From: an uncultured bacterium
GTDB lineage: Bacteria; B130-G9
Assembly (NCBI GenBank): GCA_965372715.1
Contig: CBDVDH010000013.1
Span: 1 to 64,000, forward strand
Length of the DNA: 64,000 nt
Reading direction: 5' to 3'
Shown here: piece by piece, positions 10,223 to 21,131 of the stretch
How positions within the stretch are numbered: position 1 is the first letter of the stretch
How the letters are laid out: every line of letters starts with the position of its first letter
Translations under genes and position numbers: made by a program
Notes under the pieces: model-generated
The model's database searches: none
What the model saw: only the letters and a program-made list of their open reading frames with translations
What the model was told of the DNA's origin: nothing

Positions 10223-10513
10223 CTAGAACGCGGCATGAACGGCGCGGAGCATGAAGAGTCTTATAAGCATCAGAATCAGGATAGCGGCCATCGGCGAGAG
10301 ATCGAGCGGGCCCAGTCGAGGCAAGACGCGTCGCAGCGGCCGGAGCAAAGGGTCCGTAACCGCGTTCAGGAATTGAACGACGGGATTGGGAGCCGCGTAG
10401 GGATTGGGGCGGATGATCCAAGAGAGCACAACTCTGATCACGATAACATAGACCAGGAGCCTGAGCACAACGTCAACGACCTCAACCAGCGAAACTAGAA
10501 AAGCTCCGGCCAC
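10223..10513 (-). CDS. YggT family membrane protein
   Basis: RVVLSW...NPVVQFLNAVTDPLLRPLRR...LDLSP; GTG start with ggagg RBS. Confidence 0.92.
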   Translation of the reverse strand: MAGAFLVSLVEVVDVVLRLLVYVIVIRVVLSWIIRPNPYAAPNPVVQFLNAVTDPLLRPLRRVLPRLGPLDLSPMAAILILMLIRLFMLRAVHAAF

Positions 10514-10959
10514 GATAAAACCTCCATAGTGTTCCGGTAAGAATATAGCCCCTCGCCTCAACGACTGTCAACTTCACGCTGCACGGGGCCCGGCTCTTTG
10601 TTGTGGGCTATACGACTGCGCTGCCTTCCGGCCGCGTTTCATTGCCGCTGAGTAATCGCCCAGAATTGGAATCCGCACCACGCTTCAGTGGAGAGCTGGT
10701 TGGGTGGGCCCGCCACTCTCTTCAGGGCACGAGCTGGGATGATGACAGCATTTCTTGCCTGGGACCACCACGATCAGGAATGATGCTGATGCTATTGCAG
10801 CCAGGTTATCGCCGTCTCGAGGTCACGGACTGCCTGAGACACCCACGATCTTGCCGACCTCTCATTTCCGCAAGCGCCCAACGGATGACCACGAGAGGCC
10901 GGCCAGTTTAACAGGCGTGCGTTAGCCCGGGCCCCTGCCGGACAAGCCGCGGCTGAGGG

Positions 10960-11080
10960 CGTATGCCCGCCGAATGCCTCGTTGTTTTTAGGCGTGTCCG
11001 TAACGTGCATCGTGCTCCCATCGAGGCTAACCAGACGCTTGGCCCGATACCACGCCCACTTCGTTTCAGCAGTCGCAATG
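10960..11080 (-). pseudogene. IS4-family transposase fragment
   Basis: manual translation IATAETKWAWYRAKRLVSLDGSTMHVTDTPKNNEAFG resembles the N2 'DGS' region of IS4 transposases; no full ORF. Confidence 0.7.
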
Positions 11081-11265
11081 CAATTGTAGCTGATAGCTCA
11101 AGCGCGTTGAAATGCGGTGAGATGATAACAACTCTTTCACTTACAATCTAGATTCGCACCAGCCTGTGCTGGCAGGCTCTTGCGCTCAGTGTTTTGTGTT
11201 ATAGTTATCGTGAACGTCTAGATAATTCCGTCGTGTGGTTAGGCAAGTATGGGATTGAATCCATC

Positions 11266-11457
11266 ATGGAATGCAAAGAAAAAGAGAATTTGAAGAGATG
11301 CAACTGCAGCTATCCGGGTTGCGATAAGAAGGGCGTGTGCTGCGAGTGCATAGCATATCATCTGCGCCTGAGCCAACTGCCAGCGTGCTGCTTCCCCGAG
11401 GACGTTGAGAGGACCTACGATCGCTCGATAGCGCGCTTCGTCGCGCTTCATAGTTGA
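11266..11457 (+). CDS. small Cys-rich protein (DUF6485-like)
   Basis: [21 protein letters not shown]...LPACCF...TYDRS. Confidence 0.82.
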   Translation: MECKEKENLKRCNCSYPGCDKKGVCCECIAYHLRLSQLPACCFPEDVERTYDRSIARFVALHS

Positions 11458-11489
11458 CATGGGAAATGATTAGGGTGCAGCAGGAGAAA

Positions 11490-12935
11490 ATGACATCACA
11501 ATCGAAGCTGTTGCGGCAAATACCGGCCGTTGAGCACCTCCTGCAAACGCCGCAGGTTAGCGCCCTTTTTTCTCAGGCCGAAAGATCGGTGGTGTCTCAT
11601 TGCGCAAGCGACGTGCTGCGGCGGGTTCGCGCCTCGATTATCTCAGGTGAGGACCAGGAGGTTTGGTTCATTCAACATGATGCTGAGAAACGGCTCGACG
11701 AGGCGGCCTTGCTTGATGCGATAGCCCGAAAGTTTGACGAGGCGGTCTCTTGCAGTATGCGGCGGGTCGTGAACGCGACGGGCGTTATCATCCATACGAA
11801 CCTGGGCCGGTCGGTCTTACCGGAGGAGGCCGTCGAGGCGGTGATGATGGCGGCGTCGGGCTATAGCAGTCTTGAGTATGACCTCGAGCAGGGAGCGCGG
11901 TCGAAGCGCTGGAAGCACGTGACGGCTCCCCTCGTGAGCCTGTCCGGCGCCGAGGACGCCCTCGTCGTCAACAACAACGCCGCCGCGGTGCTCGTTAGCC
12001 TAAACACACTTGCCAGCGGCAAGGATGTCATCGTCTCACGCGGCGAGCTGGTGGAGATAGGCGGGAGCTTTAGGATGCCGGACGTGATGGTGGCGTCAGG
12101 CGCGATCCTTCGCGAGGTCGGCTCAACCAACAAGACCAAGCTCGCCGACTACGAGCGCGCGATCACGGACAACACGGCGCTTATCCTCAAGGTCCACACG
12201 AGCAACTACAGGATTGTCGGCTTCTCGCAGGACGTCCCAAGCAAAGAGCTCTCGGCCCTGAGCAAGAGGTTCAACCTCCCGTTCATGGTCGATCTCGGCA
12301 GCGGACTCCTGGTCGGCAGAGACTCTCTGCCCTTGCCTGACGGCATGGAGCTCGACGAGCCTGTCGTGCGCGATGTCGTTGCTGATGGGGCGGACATCGT
12401 AACCTTCAGCGCCGACAAGCTGCTCGGCGCCTCGCAGGCTGGCGTCATCGTCGGCAGGGGCGAGCTCGTCCAAAGGATCGCCAAGAACCCGCTTTCAAGG
12501 GCGATGCGCATCGACAAGCTCTCGCTGGCGGCCCTCGACGCAACGCTGAGGCTTTACGTGAAATGGCCGACCCGGGTCCACAAGTTCATCCCGTCGCTCT
12601 CGATGCTTACGACGCCGCTTAGTGCCATCAAAAAGAGCGCTCAGAGAATCAGGCGCCGGATTCAGTCGGTGCTTGACGACAGATTCCGGGTCGAGATCGA
12701 GCCCGGCGCCTCGAAGGCCGGGGGCGGGTCATTGCCGCTTTTGGAGCTGCCAACGATGCTTGTTGCCGTTTCGAGCCAGGAAATATCCGCTGACGCGATT
12801 GAGAAAGCGCTTCGCGCGGCGCCAGTTCCGGTGATTGCCAGGATCGCCGAAAACAAGGTCCTGCTCGACCCAAGAACGCTGCTGGAAGACGACATTGATG
12901 CGGTAGTTGACGCATTCCGTTTCGTGACACAATAG
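11490..12935 (+). CDS. selA: L-seryl-tRNA(Sec) selenium transferase
   Basis: VNATGVIIHTNLGR, VNNNAAA, SRGELVEIGGSFR, DLGSG, FSADKLLG. Confidence 0.97.
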   Translation: MTSQSKLLRQIPAVEHLLQTPQVSALFSQAERSVVSHCASDVLRRVRASIISGEDQEVWFIQHDAEKRLDEAALLDAIARKFDEAVSCSMRRVVNATGVIIHTNLGRSVLPEEAVEAVMMAASGYSSLEYDLEQGARSKRWKHVTAPLVSLSGAEDALVVNNNAAAVLVSLNTLASGKDVIVSRGELVEIGGSFRMPDVMVASGAILREVGSTNKTKLADYERAITDNTALILKVHTSNYRIVGFSQDVPSKELSALSKRFNLPFMVDLGSGLLVGRDSLPLPDGMELDEPVVRDVVADGADIVTFSADKLLGASQAGVIVGRGELVQRIAKNPLSRAMRIDKLSLAALDATLRLYVKWPTRVHKFIPSLSMLTTPLSAIKKSAQRIRRRIQSVLDDRFRVEIEPGASKAGGGSLPLLELPTMLVAVSSQEISADAIEKALRAAPVPVIARIAENKVLLDPRTLLEDDIDAVVDAFRFVTQ

Positions 12936-13040
12936 ATCAGGAACCACGAATGAACGCGAATAAACACTAATGCAGGTCAACATGGCCCAGAGAGCTATTC
13001 GCGCAAATTCGTGTTCATTCGTGCTTTGAGCTCTGATCCT

Positions 13041-14483
13041 ATGCCTCGTCACCCGTGCGGCAAGAACCTCAAGCTGAGCTTCGAGCCAAAGATAGCCTCA
13101 ATCATTGAGGCGGTTTCCAGGGTTGCCGACGAACACGGCGTCCCATGTTTTCTCGTTGGCGGCTGTGTCAGGGACGCAATGCTCCAGAGGCCCGTGCTCG
13201 ACCTCGACGTGCTCATCGACGCCGCCAATCAGGCCGGCGTAACCGCTGAGGGCTTTTCCGAAATAGCGTCTCAGGCGCTTCATGGGTCCCGTCCCGTCTG
13301 CTTCGACCGGTTTGGCACGTTCCATTTTGTGGTAGGCGGAAAAGAGGACCGAATCGAGCTCGAAGTCGTGGGAGCGGCCCTCGACGTGTCCGAGGATTTC
13401 GAGATAGCAGACGTGAGTGACATCCTAAGGCGCGATTTCACGGTCAACACGCTGCTTTGGGGGCTTAACGACGGCAATCTCGGTCGGCTCTATGACTTGA
13501 CTGGAAGCGGCGCCGCGGACATCAAGAGGCGCATTCTGCGCTGCCCGAAGGAACCGGCCGTCACGCTCGCAGACGACCCAATCAGGATGCTCCGCGCCGT
13601 GCGGCTGTCCTGCACCTTGGGCCTTGGAATCGACGATTCGGTAGGTAAGTTCATTCGCGAAAACCCGACGCTTATTAACGAGGCAGCCGTAGAACGGGTC
13701 AGGAAAGAGCTGGAGCTCATCCTGCTCTGCGACACGCCTGCCGGAGGGTTCGAGATGCTGCACGAGCTCAACCTCTTGGGCGTGATAATGCCTGAGCTCG
13801 AGGCGCTCAGTGGCGTCATGCAGGACAAGCGGTTCCACAGCCAGGACGTCCTTCACCACACGTTCTCCGTGCTCTCGTACGTCGAACAGAGGGACCTCGC
13901 CATGCGCCTCGGCGCGCTCTTCCACGACGCCGGCAAGCGTCAGGCGAAAATGCAGAAGGAGACGAGAGTCGTATTCTACGGCCACGAGCACATCAGCGCG
14001 GCCATCGCCACTCAGCGGCTCTACGCCCTGCGGTTCCCCAACAGGCTCATCAAGGAGGTCGGCTCGCTCGTCCGCAACCACATGATCAACTACTCCGGCG
14101 AGTGGACCGACGCCGCCATCAGGAGGCTGATCAAACGTCTCGGCTCGTCCTTACCGAAACAGCTTGACCTTTACGAGGCTGACATTCGTGCGCTTCGGGA
14201 CTCTGGCGAGCTGCTCGACGCGGCATACCAGCTCCGAAAACGCATCGAGACGATCGATGAGAAGGAGCACGTGGCCAAGGTCGAATCGCCTCTCAACGGC
14301 CACGAGATATGCGAACTGCTTGGCATCAAGCCGGGCCCCTTCGTCGGTGAGTACAAGGCAAAGCTACTCGACGCTGTCCTCTCCGGCGAGCTAGCTAACG
14401 ACAAAGCCGCGGCGAGGGAGTACCTCCTCAAGCTGTGGAAGGTCGATGGTTCGCCCGCGGAAGCCCTGACAGAAGAGGGATGA
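13041..14483 (+). CDS. CCA tRNA nucleotidyltransferase with HD domain
   Basis: VGGCVRD, DLDV, RRDFTVN, DDPIRMLRA, HDAGK. Confidence 0.9.
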   Translation: MPRHPCGKNLKLSFEPKIASIIEAVSRVADEHGVPCFLVGGCVRDAMLQRPVLDLDVLIDAANQAGVTAEGFSEIASQALHGSRPVCFDRFGTFHFVVGGKEDRIELEVVGAALDVSEDFEIADVSDILRRDFTVNTLLWGLNDGNLGRLYDLTGSGAADIKRRILRCPKEPAVTLADDPIRMLRAVRLSCTLGLGIDDSVGKFIRENPTLINEAAVERVRKELELILLCDTPAGGFEMLHELNLLGVIMPELEALSGVMQDKRFHSQDVLHHTFSVLSYVEQRDLAMRLGALFHDAGKRQAKMQKETRVVFYGHEHISAAIATQRLYALRFPNRLIKEVGSLVRNHMINYSGEWTDAAIRRLIKRLGSSLPKQLDLYEADIRALRDSGELLDAAYQLRKRIETIDEKEHVAKVESPLNGHEICELLGIKPGPFVGEYKAKLLDAVLSGELANDKAAAREYLLKLWKVDGSPAEALTEEG

Positions 14484-14526
14484 ACAACCAGTGCGTCGTG
14501 GCAGGCTGGAAAGCCCGCCCCACACC

Positions 14527-15090
14527 CTAAACTACGGCGAAGGCCCTCGGCATTTTCATCGTCTCGCCGACGACGCGGCCAAACTTCTTCTGTAGCTCCT
14601 TGAAATCCATCCTCAAGAAATCGAGAAGCTCCTCGTCTCGGAACCTCTCGAGGTAGGCCTCAATCTCAATCTTGAGCCGCGCGTCGTATTCCTTCTGCGA
14701 TTTGCCGTGGGCGTAATACTTGCCGGGAAACCGCCTGATGTCCCCGTCAAACTTCGGGCTTATGTGATAAAGCTCGTGGAAGACCGTGAGTAGCTTCGTC
14801 TCGAAGCGCAGATTCTGGAACCTGGGGTAGTAGAAATACAAGACGTATAGAATCCGCCGCGAGTCAATCTCAATCGTCGGATACGCGAAGTTCCTGCCCC
14901 GATGTTCTATCCGCTGCTTCCCACCTCTGAAACGAGTGGGGTATATCTTGGCATATAGTCCGTGCAGCGATCTCTTTTTTGACTGGGCATAGCAAACCAA
15001 CAGGCCGTCCGGATTGATGTGGGAGAGTATCTCTACGTTACGGCAAATGTGAGCCGCGATGTCGGAGAGACAATCAGTAACGTTGATCAC
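14527..15090 (-). CDS. putative zinc metallopeptidase
   Basis: HELYH motif, FDGDIRRF; overlaps the upstream gene's stop. Confidence 0.75.
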   Translation of the reverse strand: MINVTDCLSDIAAHICRNVEILSHINPDGLLVCYAQSKKRSLHGLYAKIYPTRFRGGKQRIEHRGRNFAYPTIEIDSRRILYVLYFYYPRFQNLRFETKLLTVFHELYHISPKFDGDIRRFPGKYYAHGKSQKEYDARLKIEIEAYLERFRDEELLDFLRMDFKELQKKFGRVVGETMKMPRAFAVV

Positions 15091-16427
15091 TTCGCCCCCA
15101 TGTCCCGCCTCAGCATCGCGGCCGCGTTCTGGCCGAACAGAATAGAATTGCTGACGTTCCTGGTAATCGGATATATCTGCGCGGTGTTATAGACGTAGAA
15201 CCGCGGGTAAGGCGACTTATGGTCAGGCAACTGCTTCGAGTAATCGAGCGTATAGTAAGGGTCAGCGAACGGATGTCGGAAGACGAACGAAGCCTCAACC
15301 GACTCCCTGTCGAAACCAGGAAACACCTTTGAAAGCGCCTCGATATACACGTCCAGCAGCTGTTCGTCCGAAAGCTGGTTCAACCGATGATCGGCTGGCA
15401 GATAATTCGGTAGATACAGTATCGATCGGCCGTTGAACTCGGAGACGTCCCGCAGCCGCGAGTACTCGATGACGCCCGGAAAGGGCAACGAGCCGTCGCC
15501 GACATTCAGCCAAAAAAACCTCGACAGGTCCCGCTTTAGAACGAGCACCATGTTCAGAACCGTTTGATATCTTATCGACGCGAGCCTCGTCCTGTAGCCG
15601 TCCGAGAAGAACGTGGAAGCCGAGAGCAGCGAAGGCAACGGGATCGTCGAGATGACCGCCTTGTGCGCTTGCTCGCCGTCTTCAGTCTCCACCAAAAACA
15701 GACCTTCTTTTGTCCTCGAAATCCCCTTTACGGCGCAGCCGGTTCGCAGCTCACCACCGAGCTCCCCAATCCGCTTGATATACTCGTCGGTTAGAACCGC
15801 AAAGCTGCCTTTGACGTAGCCAAAATGCTCGAGCGGGCTGCCTCTTCTCTTCGACCCTGATCGCCTCTTCATTCTGGCCCACAGCCACGAAAGCGGAATC
15901 TGGTCCTCGAAGACATCGAACTTGCTCTTCATCAGGTGCGACCACACGACCTCATAACTGCGCTGGCCAGCCCACTGCTTGAGCCACCTCGACGCGGAGA
16001 CGCTCTCGAGCGGCTTCCAGTCTCTTTTGAGCCTCAACCAGAACATCGAGGCGCCCACCCGCAGCCGGGACCGGACACCGAGCGCGTCGAACCGGAGCAG
16101 GTCCGCTGGCGTCGTGAAATCAAACAGGCGGTTATGAACGAAAATGCCCATGCGGCAATCGGCCCATTGAACCAAATTGTCAAGGCCAAACTTGGCCATC
16201 TGCTTCAAGACAACCTTGTCGCTGTGGCAGATAAAATGGTGGTATTTCTCCAGCCTCGTCCCGCAGACCTCAAACGTCGCGGCAAGCCCGCCCAACTCGT
16301 TGTCCGCTTCATAGACCACCACCGGGCCCAGCTTACTCCTAAGGCAGCAATACGCGGCGGACAGACCGAGTATCCCTCCACCCAGAATCGCTATGCTTGG
16401 TCCACAGTTCGTTCTCTTGTCCGACAT
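15087..16427 (-). CDS. FAD-dependent oxidoreductase (amine oxidase/protoporphyrinogen oxidase-like)
   Basis: ILGGGILGL, EA...GGLA, EKYHH. Confidence 0.88.
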   Translation of the reverse strand: MSDKRTNCGPSIAILGGGILGLSAAYCCLRSKLGPVVVYEADNELGGLAATFEVCGTRLEKYHHFICHSDKVVLKQMAKFGLDNLVQWADCRMGIFVHNRLFDFTTPADLLRFDALGVRSRLRVGASMFWLRLKRDWKPLESVSASRWLKQWAGQRSYEVVWSHLMKSKFDVFEDQIPLSWLWARMKRRSGSKRRGSPLEHFGYVKGSFAVLTDEYIKRIGELGGELRTGCAVKGISRTKEGLFLVETEDGEQAHKAVISTIPLPSLLSASTFFSDGYRTRLASIRYQTVLNMVLVLKRDLSRFFWLNVGDGSLPFPGVIEYSRLRDVSEFNGRSILYLPNYLPADHRLNQLSDEQLLDVYIEALSKVFPGFDRESVEASFVFRHPFADPYYTLDYSKQLPDHKSPYPRFYVYNTAQIYPITRNVSNSILFGQNAAAMLRRDMGAK

Positions 16428-16438
16428 CCTAGTTCCGA

Positions 16439-17992
16439 TCAACCTTTGGGTTGTGAATTCAGAATCTCTCGAATCTTCCGCTTCAACGGCTTTCCGAGAG
16501 GCGAAAGCGGCAGCGTGTCCCAGAAATGGAGCCGCCTGGGGACCTTGTGGCCAGAAAGACGCTCGCGACAATGCGCGAGAATCGTGGCCTTCTCAAGGGA
16601 CGCGCCCTTTGCGCACTGAACGACAGCAACGGGTCGCTTCCCGAGGTTCGAGTCTGCGACACCGACCACAGCAACGTCAACGACTCCTGAAATGCCCCTT
16701 ATCAAATCTTCGATCTCGTGCGGATAGACGTTCGCGCCTTGCACGAGGATCATATCGTCCTTGCGGTCCTCAATGTAGATGTAACCATCGCGGTCTATTC
16801 TTGCCATGTCGCCCGTGTAGAGCCAGCCATCACGCATCTTGTCTCGGGTCGCGGCATCATCGCCGAAATAACCGGTCATTACGTTCGGGCCCCTGACGAG
16901 AAGCTCGCCGATCTCGTCGGGCGGTAGGTTATCGCCGCTCTCGTCAACGACGCGAACCTTAACGCCCGGCACTGGAGCGCCAATTGAGCCGGCCTTCCGA
17001 ACACCGTCGAATGGATTGAACGAGACGACTGGCGCCGCCTCGGTCAGGCCATAGCCCTCAAGCAGCGGGCCTTTGTATCGTTCTGAGAAGGCTTCAATCG
17101 TCGAGAGCGGAAGAGGCGCCGCGCCCGACACAAAGAAGCGAACAGTGTTGAAAAGCGAGGGGGTGGTCTCATCTGCCCTGGCCAGGATTCCATATAGAGC
17201 CGGTATGCCGATGAATGCGGTAACGCCGAACTGCTTGACGGCCGCGGCTATCAGCTCCTTTTTCGGGCCCGGGAGAACGACGCATGTTGACCCGAGTGCA
17301 ATAGGCAAGACCGTGCACACGGTAAAGCCGAAGGAGTGATACATCGGCAGGAAGGCTAGGAACACATCCGTGTCCGAGACAGGCATCGCGGCCCGGCAGC
17401 TCCTCGTGTTTGAGATGATGTTGCGATGCGAAAGAACGACGCCCTTGGGCCTTCCCGTGGTACCTGATGTGTAGAGTATCACTGCCGGATCGGCGGGTGT
17501 GAGGGTGCTCTGCTCAATCCCAATCGCTGCACGGCTTCCGGAGACCGAATACTGAATCTCGCCGGCCGCGTCCCAGCCTGCGGTCACCAAAACAGGGCCT
17601 ATGCCCGCCAATTTTACGCTCTCTTCAACAGCTTGCCGCATCTCCTCGGAAACTAAGCCAGCGGTGGGTTTTGAGTGATCGATCAAAGAGGCCATCTCCG
17701 TGGGCGTGAAGCTCGTCGAAAGCGGCACAGCGATTGCCCCGAGCTTGAAAGCCGCGAAGTACGAGATGACAAAAGCCGGTGAGTTGGGCATAACGATGAA
17801 CACTCGGTCGCCTTTGCCGACGCCTTGTTTAGAGAGCAAGTCTGCCAAGCGATTCACCTCGCCAAGCACGCGGCCGTAGGTGAACATCGACGACAGGTAA
17901 TAAAGAGCCGGCTTCTGACCGAAGCGCCCCGCCGACGCGCAGAGCAATTCGTAAAGCGTTTCCTCACCATTCGAGCGGATGGTCTTGTCCAT
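16439..17992 (-). CDS. long-chain fatty acid--CoA ligase
   Basis: YTSGTTGRPKG, EGYGLTE, TGD and GKP adenylation motifs. Confidence 0.92.
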   Translation of the reverse strand: MDKTIRSNGEETLYELLCASAGRFGQKPALYYLSSMFTYGRVLGEVNRLADLLSKQGVGKGDRVFIVMPNSPAFVISYFAAFKLGAIAVPLSTSFTPTEMASLIDHSKPTAGLVSEEMRQAVEESVKLAGIGPVLVTAGWDAAGEIQYSVSGSRAAIGIEQSTLTPADPAVILYTSGTTGRPKGVVLSHRNIISNTRSCRAAMPVSDTDVFLAFLPMYHSFGFTVCTVLPIALGSTCVVLPGPKKELIAAAVKQFGVTAFIGIPALYGILARADETTPSLFNTVRFFVSGAAPLPLSTIEAFSERYKGPLLEGYGLTEAAPVVSFNPFDGVRKAGSIGAPVPGVKVRVVDESGDNLPPDEIGELLVRGPNVMTGYFGDDAATRDKMRDGWLYTGDMARIDRDGYIYIEDRKDDMILVQGANVYPHEIEDLIRGISGVVDVAVVGVADSNLGKRPVAVVQCAKGASLEKATILAHCRERLSGHKVPRRLHFWDTLPLSPLGKPLKRKIREILNSQPKG

Positions 17993-18224
17993 TGCCCAAA
18001 AGTAGTCGGCCTGAAACCCAGAATCAACCCTAGACAGAGGTGAAGAGTCTCCGTCCCGTCGGTGAGTCCGCGGCAGCGCCTCGCAGACCCGGCAAACGGC
18101 GAGCGAAAACTCGTCTCCCTTTGGGTTGACATGAGTCGATGGCCAGAGCATCCTCTTCAAAGACTTGGCAAGCGGAAGGGCTCGCCATTTCGGAAAGAAG
18201 CGGTTCACGGATGAGGTAGTCAAG

Positions 18225-18683
18225 ATGATTGATGATACAAGAAGGGTTCTCGTTATTCACGGGCCGAATATGAACCTCCTGGGGCGCCGCGAGCCTAAGA
18301 CCTATGGGACGACGTCGCTTGAGGCCGTTGACCGACAGCTGGCGCAGCTCGGTCGGGAATTAGGTGTTGAGGTCAAGGCTTTCCAGTCGAACAGCGAGGG
18401 CAGTATCATCGACAGGATTCAGGCCGCCGGGCCGGAGGGATTCTCGGCGATAGTCATCAACCCGGCAGGCTACAGCAATACTAGCGTGGCTATCCGGGAC
18501 GCCATCTCCGCGTGCACATTGCCAGTAATCGAGGTTCACGTCTCCAACATCTTCAGGAGGGAGGCGTTCAGGCAGAACATGGTGACCGCCGGCGCCTGCC
18601 GAGGGATGATCTGCGGCCTCGGCGTCGATTCGTATTATCTTGCTCTCAGAGCCGCGGTTGCAATGCTCAGCGAACAAGTTTGA
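18225..18683 (+). CDS. aroQ: type II 3-dehydroquinate dehydratase
   Basis: HGPNMNLLGRREP..YG, QSNSEG, INPAG, EVHVSN. Confidence 0.96.
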   Translation: MIDDTRRVLVIHGPNMNLLGRREPKTYGTTSLEAVDRQLAQLGRELGVEVKAFQSNSEGSIIDRIQAAGPEGFSAIVINPAGYSNTSVAIRDAISACTLPVIEVHVSNIFRREAFRQNMVTAGACRGMICGLGVDSYYLALRAAVAMLSEQV

Positions 18684-18719
18684 CCTTGAACTTTCAACTT
18701 TGAACTTTGAACTTAGCTA

Positions 18720-21131
18720 ATGGCGACCGCTGCAAGGGGCCCCAAATTCTCCGTAATCATTCCGGTCTATAACGGCGAGGGCGCCATAGCTGAATGCCTC
18801 GAGGCGCTGGCCGCGCAGGACGTGCCGCGGCGAGAGTTCGAGGTGATCGTCGTCGATGACGGCTCGACGGACGGCACGGCGGCCATCGTGAAGCAATTCG
18901 ACGTCAGGTACATCTACCAAGACAACAAGGGTCCTGCGACAGCAAGGAACGCGGGCGTCAAGAATGCCCGAGGCGAGATAGTTGTGTTCACGGACGCCGA
19001 CTGCGTGCCCCAGCCGAATTGGCTGCGCGAGATGGTCAATCCGTTTGTGCGCGATTCGGATGTCGCGGGCGTGAAGGGCGCGTATCGGACGCGGCAGACG
19101 CGGCTTACGGCGCGATTTGCACAGGCGGAGTTCGAGGAGCGTTTCAAACGGCTGGCTCGCCGCCGGACCATAGATTTCGTCGATAGCTATTCAGCAGCCT
19201 TTAGGAAGAAGGTTTTTGAGCAGGTGGGGGGCTTCAACCCGCGCTACCCCAAGGCGAACAACGAGGATGTTGAGCTCTCGTTCAAGGTGGCGCAGAAGAA
19301 CCACAAGATGGTCTTCAGCCCTGACGCCATCGTTTATCACACACATCCCGACGGCATTTGGAAATACGCGAGGCTCAAGTTCACACGCGCCTACTGGCGA
19401 ACTTTCGTCTATGACAAGTTCCCGAGCAAGGTGTTCAAGGATTCTTACACGCCTCAAACGCTCAAGATACAGATTTTGCTCGCCTTTTATCTTCTCGGTG
19501 CGGTGCTTGGCTCGTTCTTGTTTCAGGAGTTTGTTGGATGGCTCCTCGCCTCCGCCGCGATCGCCTTCGTGGTGTGCTGTCTGCCTTTCTCACTCGCAAC
19601 GGCCAAGAAGGACAGAAAGCTTGCCCTTTTGGCGCCGTTCTTTCTCCTTGTGCGCTCGCTTTCCTTTGGGTTCGGTCTGCTTGCTGGCATCGCATCCCAG
19701 AAGAAAAGGAAGCTCCTATTTCCAACGATCCTGATTGCGGGCGACATCGTTGTGTGCAATCTCTCGCTCGTTCTGCTCTACTGGATCAGGAGCCACATAA
19801 ACCTCGTGCTCGATTTCCTGGGTCTCAGCCAATACGCCGGATACTTCAAGCCGGGCATCCTCCCGCCGTCAATATATTTCATGACGCTTCCGGCCATCAC
19901 CTTGCTCTGGCTCATAGTTTTCGGCGCATTTGGGCTCTACCACGCTGCAAGAAGCACGTTCAGGCCCTACCAGCTGGCGAAGGTGTTCTTCGCTGTCTCA
20001 CAGCTTGCGATCATCGCGATGGCAGCCCTGTATCTTGCCAGGATAGAGTATTCGCGCTCGATGGTGCTGCTGTTCTGGGCGATAAGCCTCGTGCTCGCCA
20101 GCCTCGAGAGATCGCTCATCTACTTCGTGCAGGCGCTCCTGCTCGGCAAGGGCTATGACAGGCTACGCGCCGTCGTGGTTGGGACAGGCGAGTCGGCCCG
20201 ACTGGTGGGCCACAAACTCCATTCGTTCCCGAAGCTCGGCTACGAAGTTGTGGGTTTCGTCGATGACACAGACCTAACGTCGCTTGAGTGGCGGGGCCAT
20301 CGCGGCCGGGTGGTCTCGATTCCGGTGCTCGGCCCGACATTCGAGCTCGATTCAATCATCGAGAAGCACAGAATCGACGAAATCTATATCTCAAAGCCTA
20401 ACCTCCCACACAGCGACGTGCTGAACCTCGTGGCACAGTGCGAGAGCGCAGACGTCGGCTTCCACATCGTGTCAGACGCCTTCTCGATAATGACTGGCAA
20501 AGTCGAGATGGGAAGCGTGGGCGACCTGCCGCTTGTCGATTTCGGGCCCTCGGAGACATCGGCCATATACCTTACCCTCAAGGCGCTGATAGACCGGGCA
20601 TTGAGCCTGCTTCTCTTTATTATCACGCTGCCTTTGACGCTGGTCATATCTATCGCAATCAGGGCCGAGACCAAAGGCCCGACCGTGCTCAGATTCGAGC
20701 GACTCGGGCTCCGCGAGCGCCCGTTCCTGCTCTACAAGTTCCGCACGTTCCACCTCCCGGAGCGGATGCAGCTGGACGGCAAGCCCATCCCGCTTACGGT
20801 TCAATACACGAAGGTAGGCAGCTTCCTCGAGCGATACCACCTTGACGAGCTCCCGCAGCTGGTCAACGTGATGAGGGGCGAGATGAGCCTCGTCGGGCCT
20901 CGCCCAGAAATACCGCTGATAGCCAGGAAATACAAGCCCTGGCAGAGGCGCCGGTTCGACGTGAAGCCCGGCCTGACCGGCCTTTGGCAGCTCGTAGGCT
21001 CCGAGATACTACCGCTTCATAAGAACATGGAATACGACTTCTACTACGTAAGGAATCGCTCGCTGCTGCTCGACTTCTCGATCCTTCTAAAGACAATTCC
21101 CGCTGTCTTCTCCAAACGAAAGCCGGGCTAG
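18720..21131 (+). CDS. fusion of a GT2 glycosyltransferase and a WcaJ-type polyprenyl-phosphate sugar transferase
   Basis: N-terminal VIIPVYN/VVDDGSTD/FTDAD; TM block; C-terminal YKFRT, LDELPQLVNV, MSLVGPRPE, KPGLTGLWQ. Confidence 0.9.
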   Translation: MATAARGPKFSVIIPVYNGEGAIAECLEALAAQDVPRREFEVIVVDDGSTDGTAAIVKQFDVRYIYQDNKGPATARNAGVKNARGEIVVFTDADCVPQPNWLREMVNPFVRDSDVAGVKGAYRTRQTRLTARFAQAEFEERFKRLARRRTIDFVDSYSAAFRKKVFEQVGGFNPRYPKANNEDVELSFKVAQKNHKMVFSPDAIVYHTHPDGIWKYARLKFTRAYWRTFVYDKFPSKVFKDSYTPQTLKIQILLAFYLLGAVLGSFLFQEFVGWLLASAAIAFVVCCLPFSLATAKKDRKLALLAPFFLLVRSLSFGFGLLAGIASQKKRKLLFPTILIAGDIVVCNLSLVLLYWIRSHINLVLDFLGLSQYAGYFKPGILPPSIYFMTLPAITLLWLIVFGAFGLYHAARSTFRPYQLAKVFFAVSQLAIIAMAALYLARIEYSRSMVLLFWAISLVLASLERSLIYFVQALLLGKGYDRLRAVVVGTGESARLVGHKLHSFPKLGYEVVGFVDDTDLTSLEWRGHRGRVVSIPVLGPTFELDSIIEKHRIDEIYISKPNLPHSDVLNLVAQCESADVGFHIVSDAFSIMTGKVEMGSVGDLPLVDFGPSETSAIYLTLKALIDRALSLLLFIITLPLTLVISIAIRAETKGPTVLRFERLGLRERPFLLYKFRTFHLPERMQLDGKPIPLTVQYTKVGSFLERYHLDELPQLVNVMRGEMSLVGPRPEIPLIARKYKPWQRRRFDVKPGLTGLWQLVGSEILPLHKNMEYDFYYVRNRSLLLDFSILLKTIPAVFSKRKPG

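Noticed and set aside
11455-11469. Sec read-through of the small Cys-rich gene's TGA
   Set aside because: A second TGA follows three codons later and the protein appears complete.
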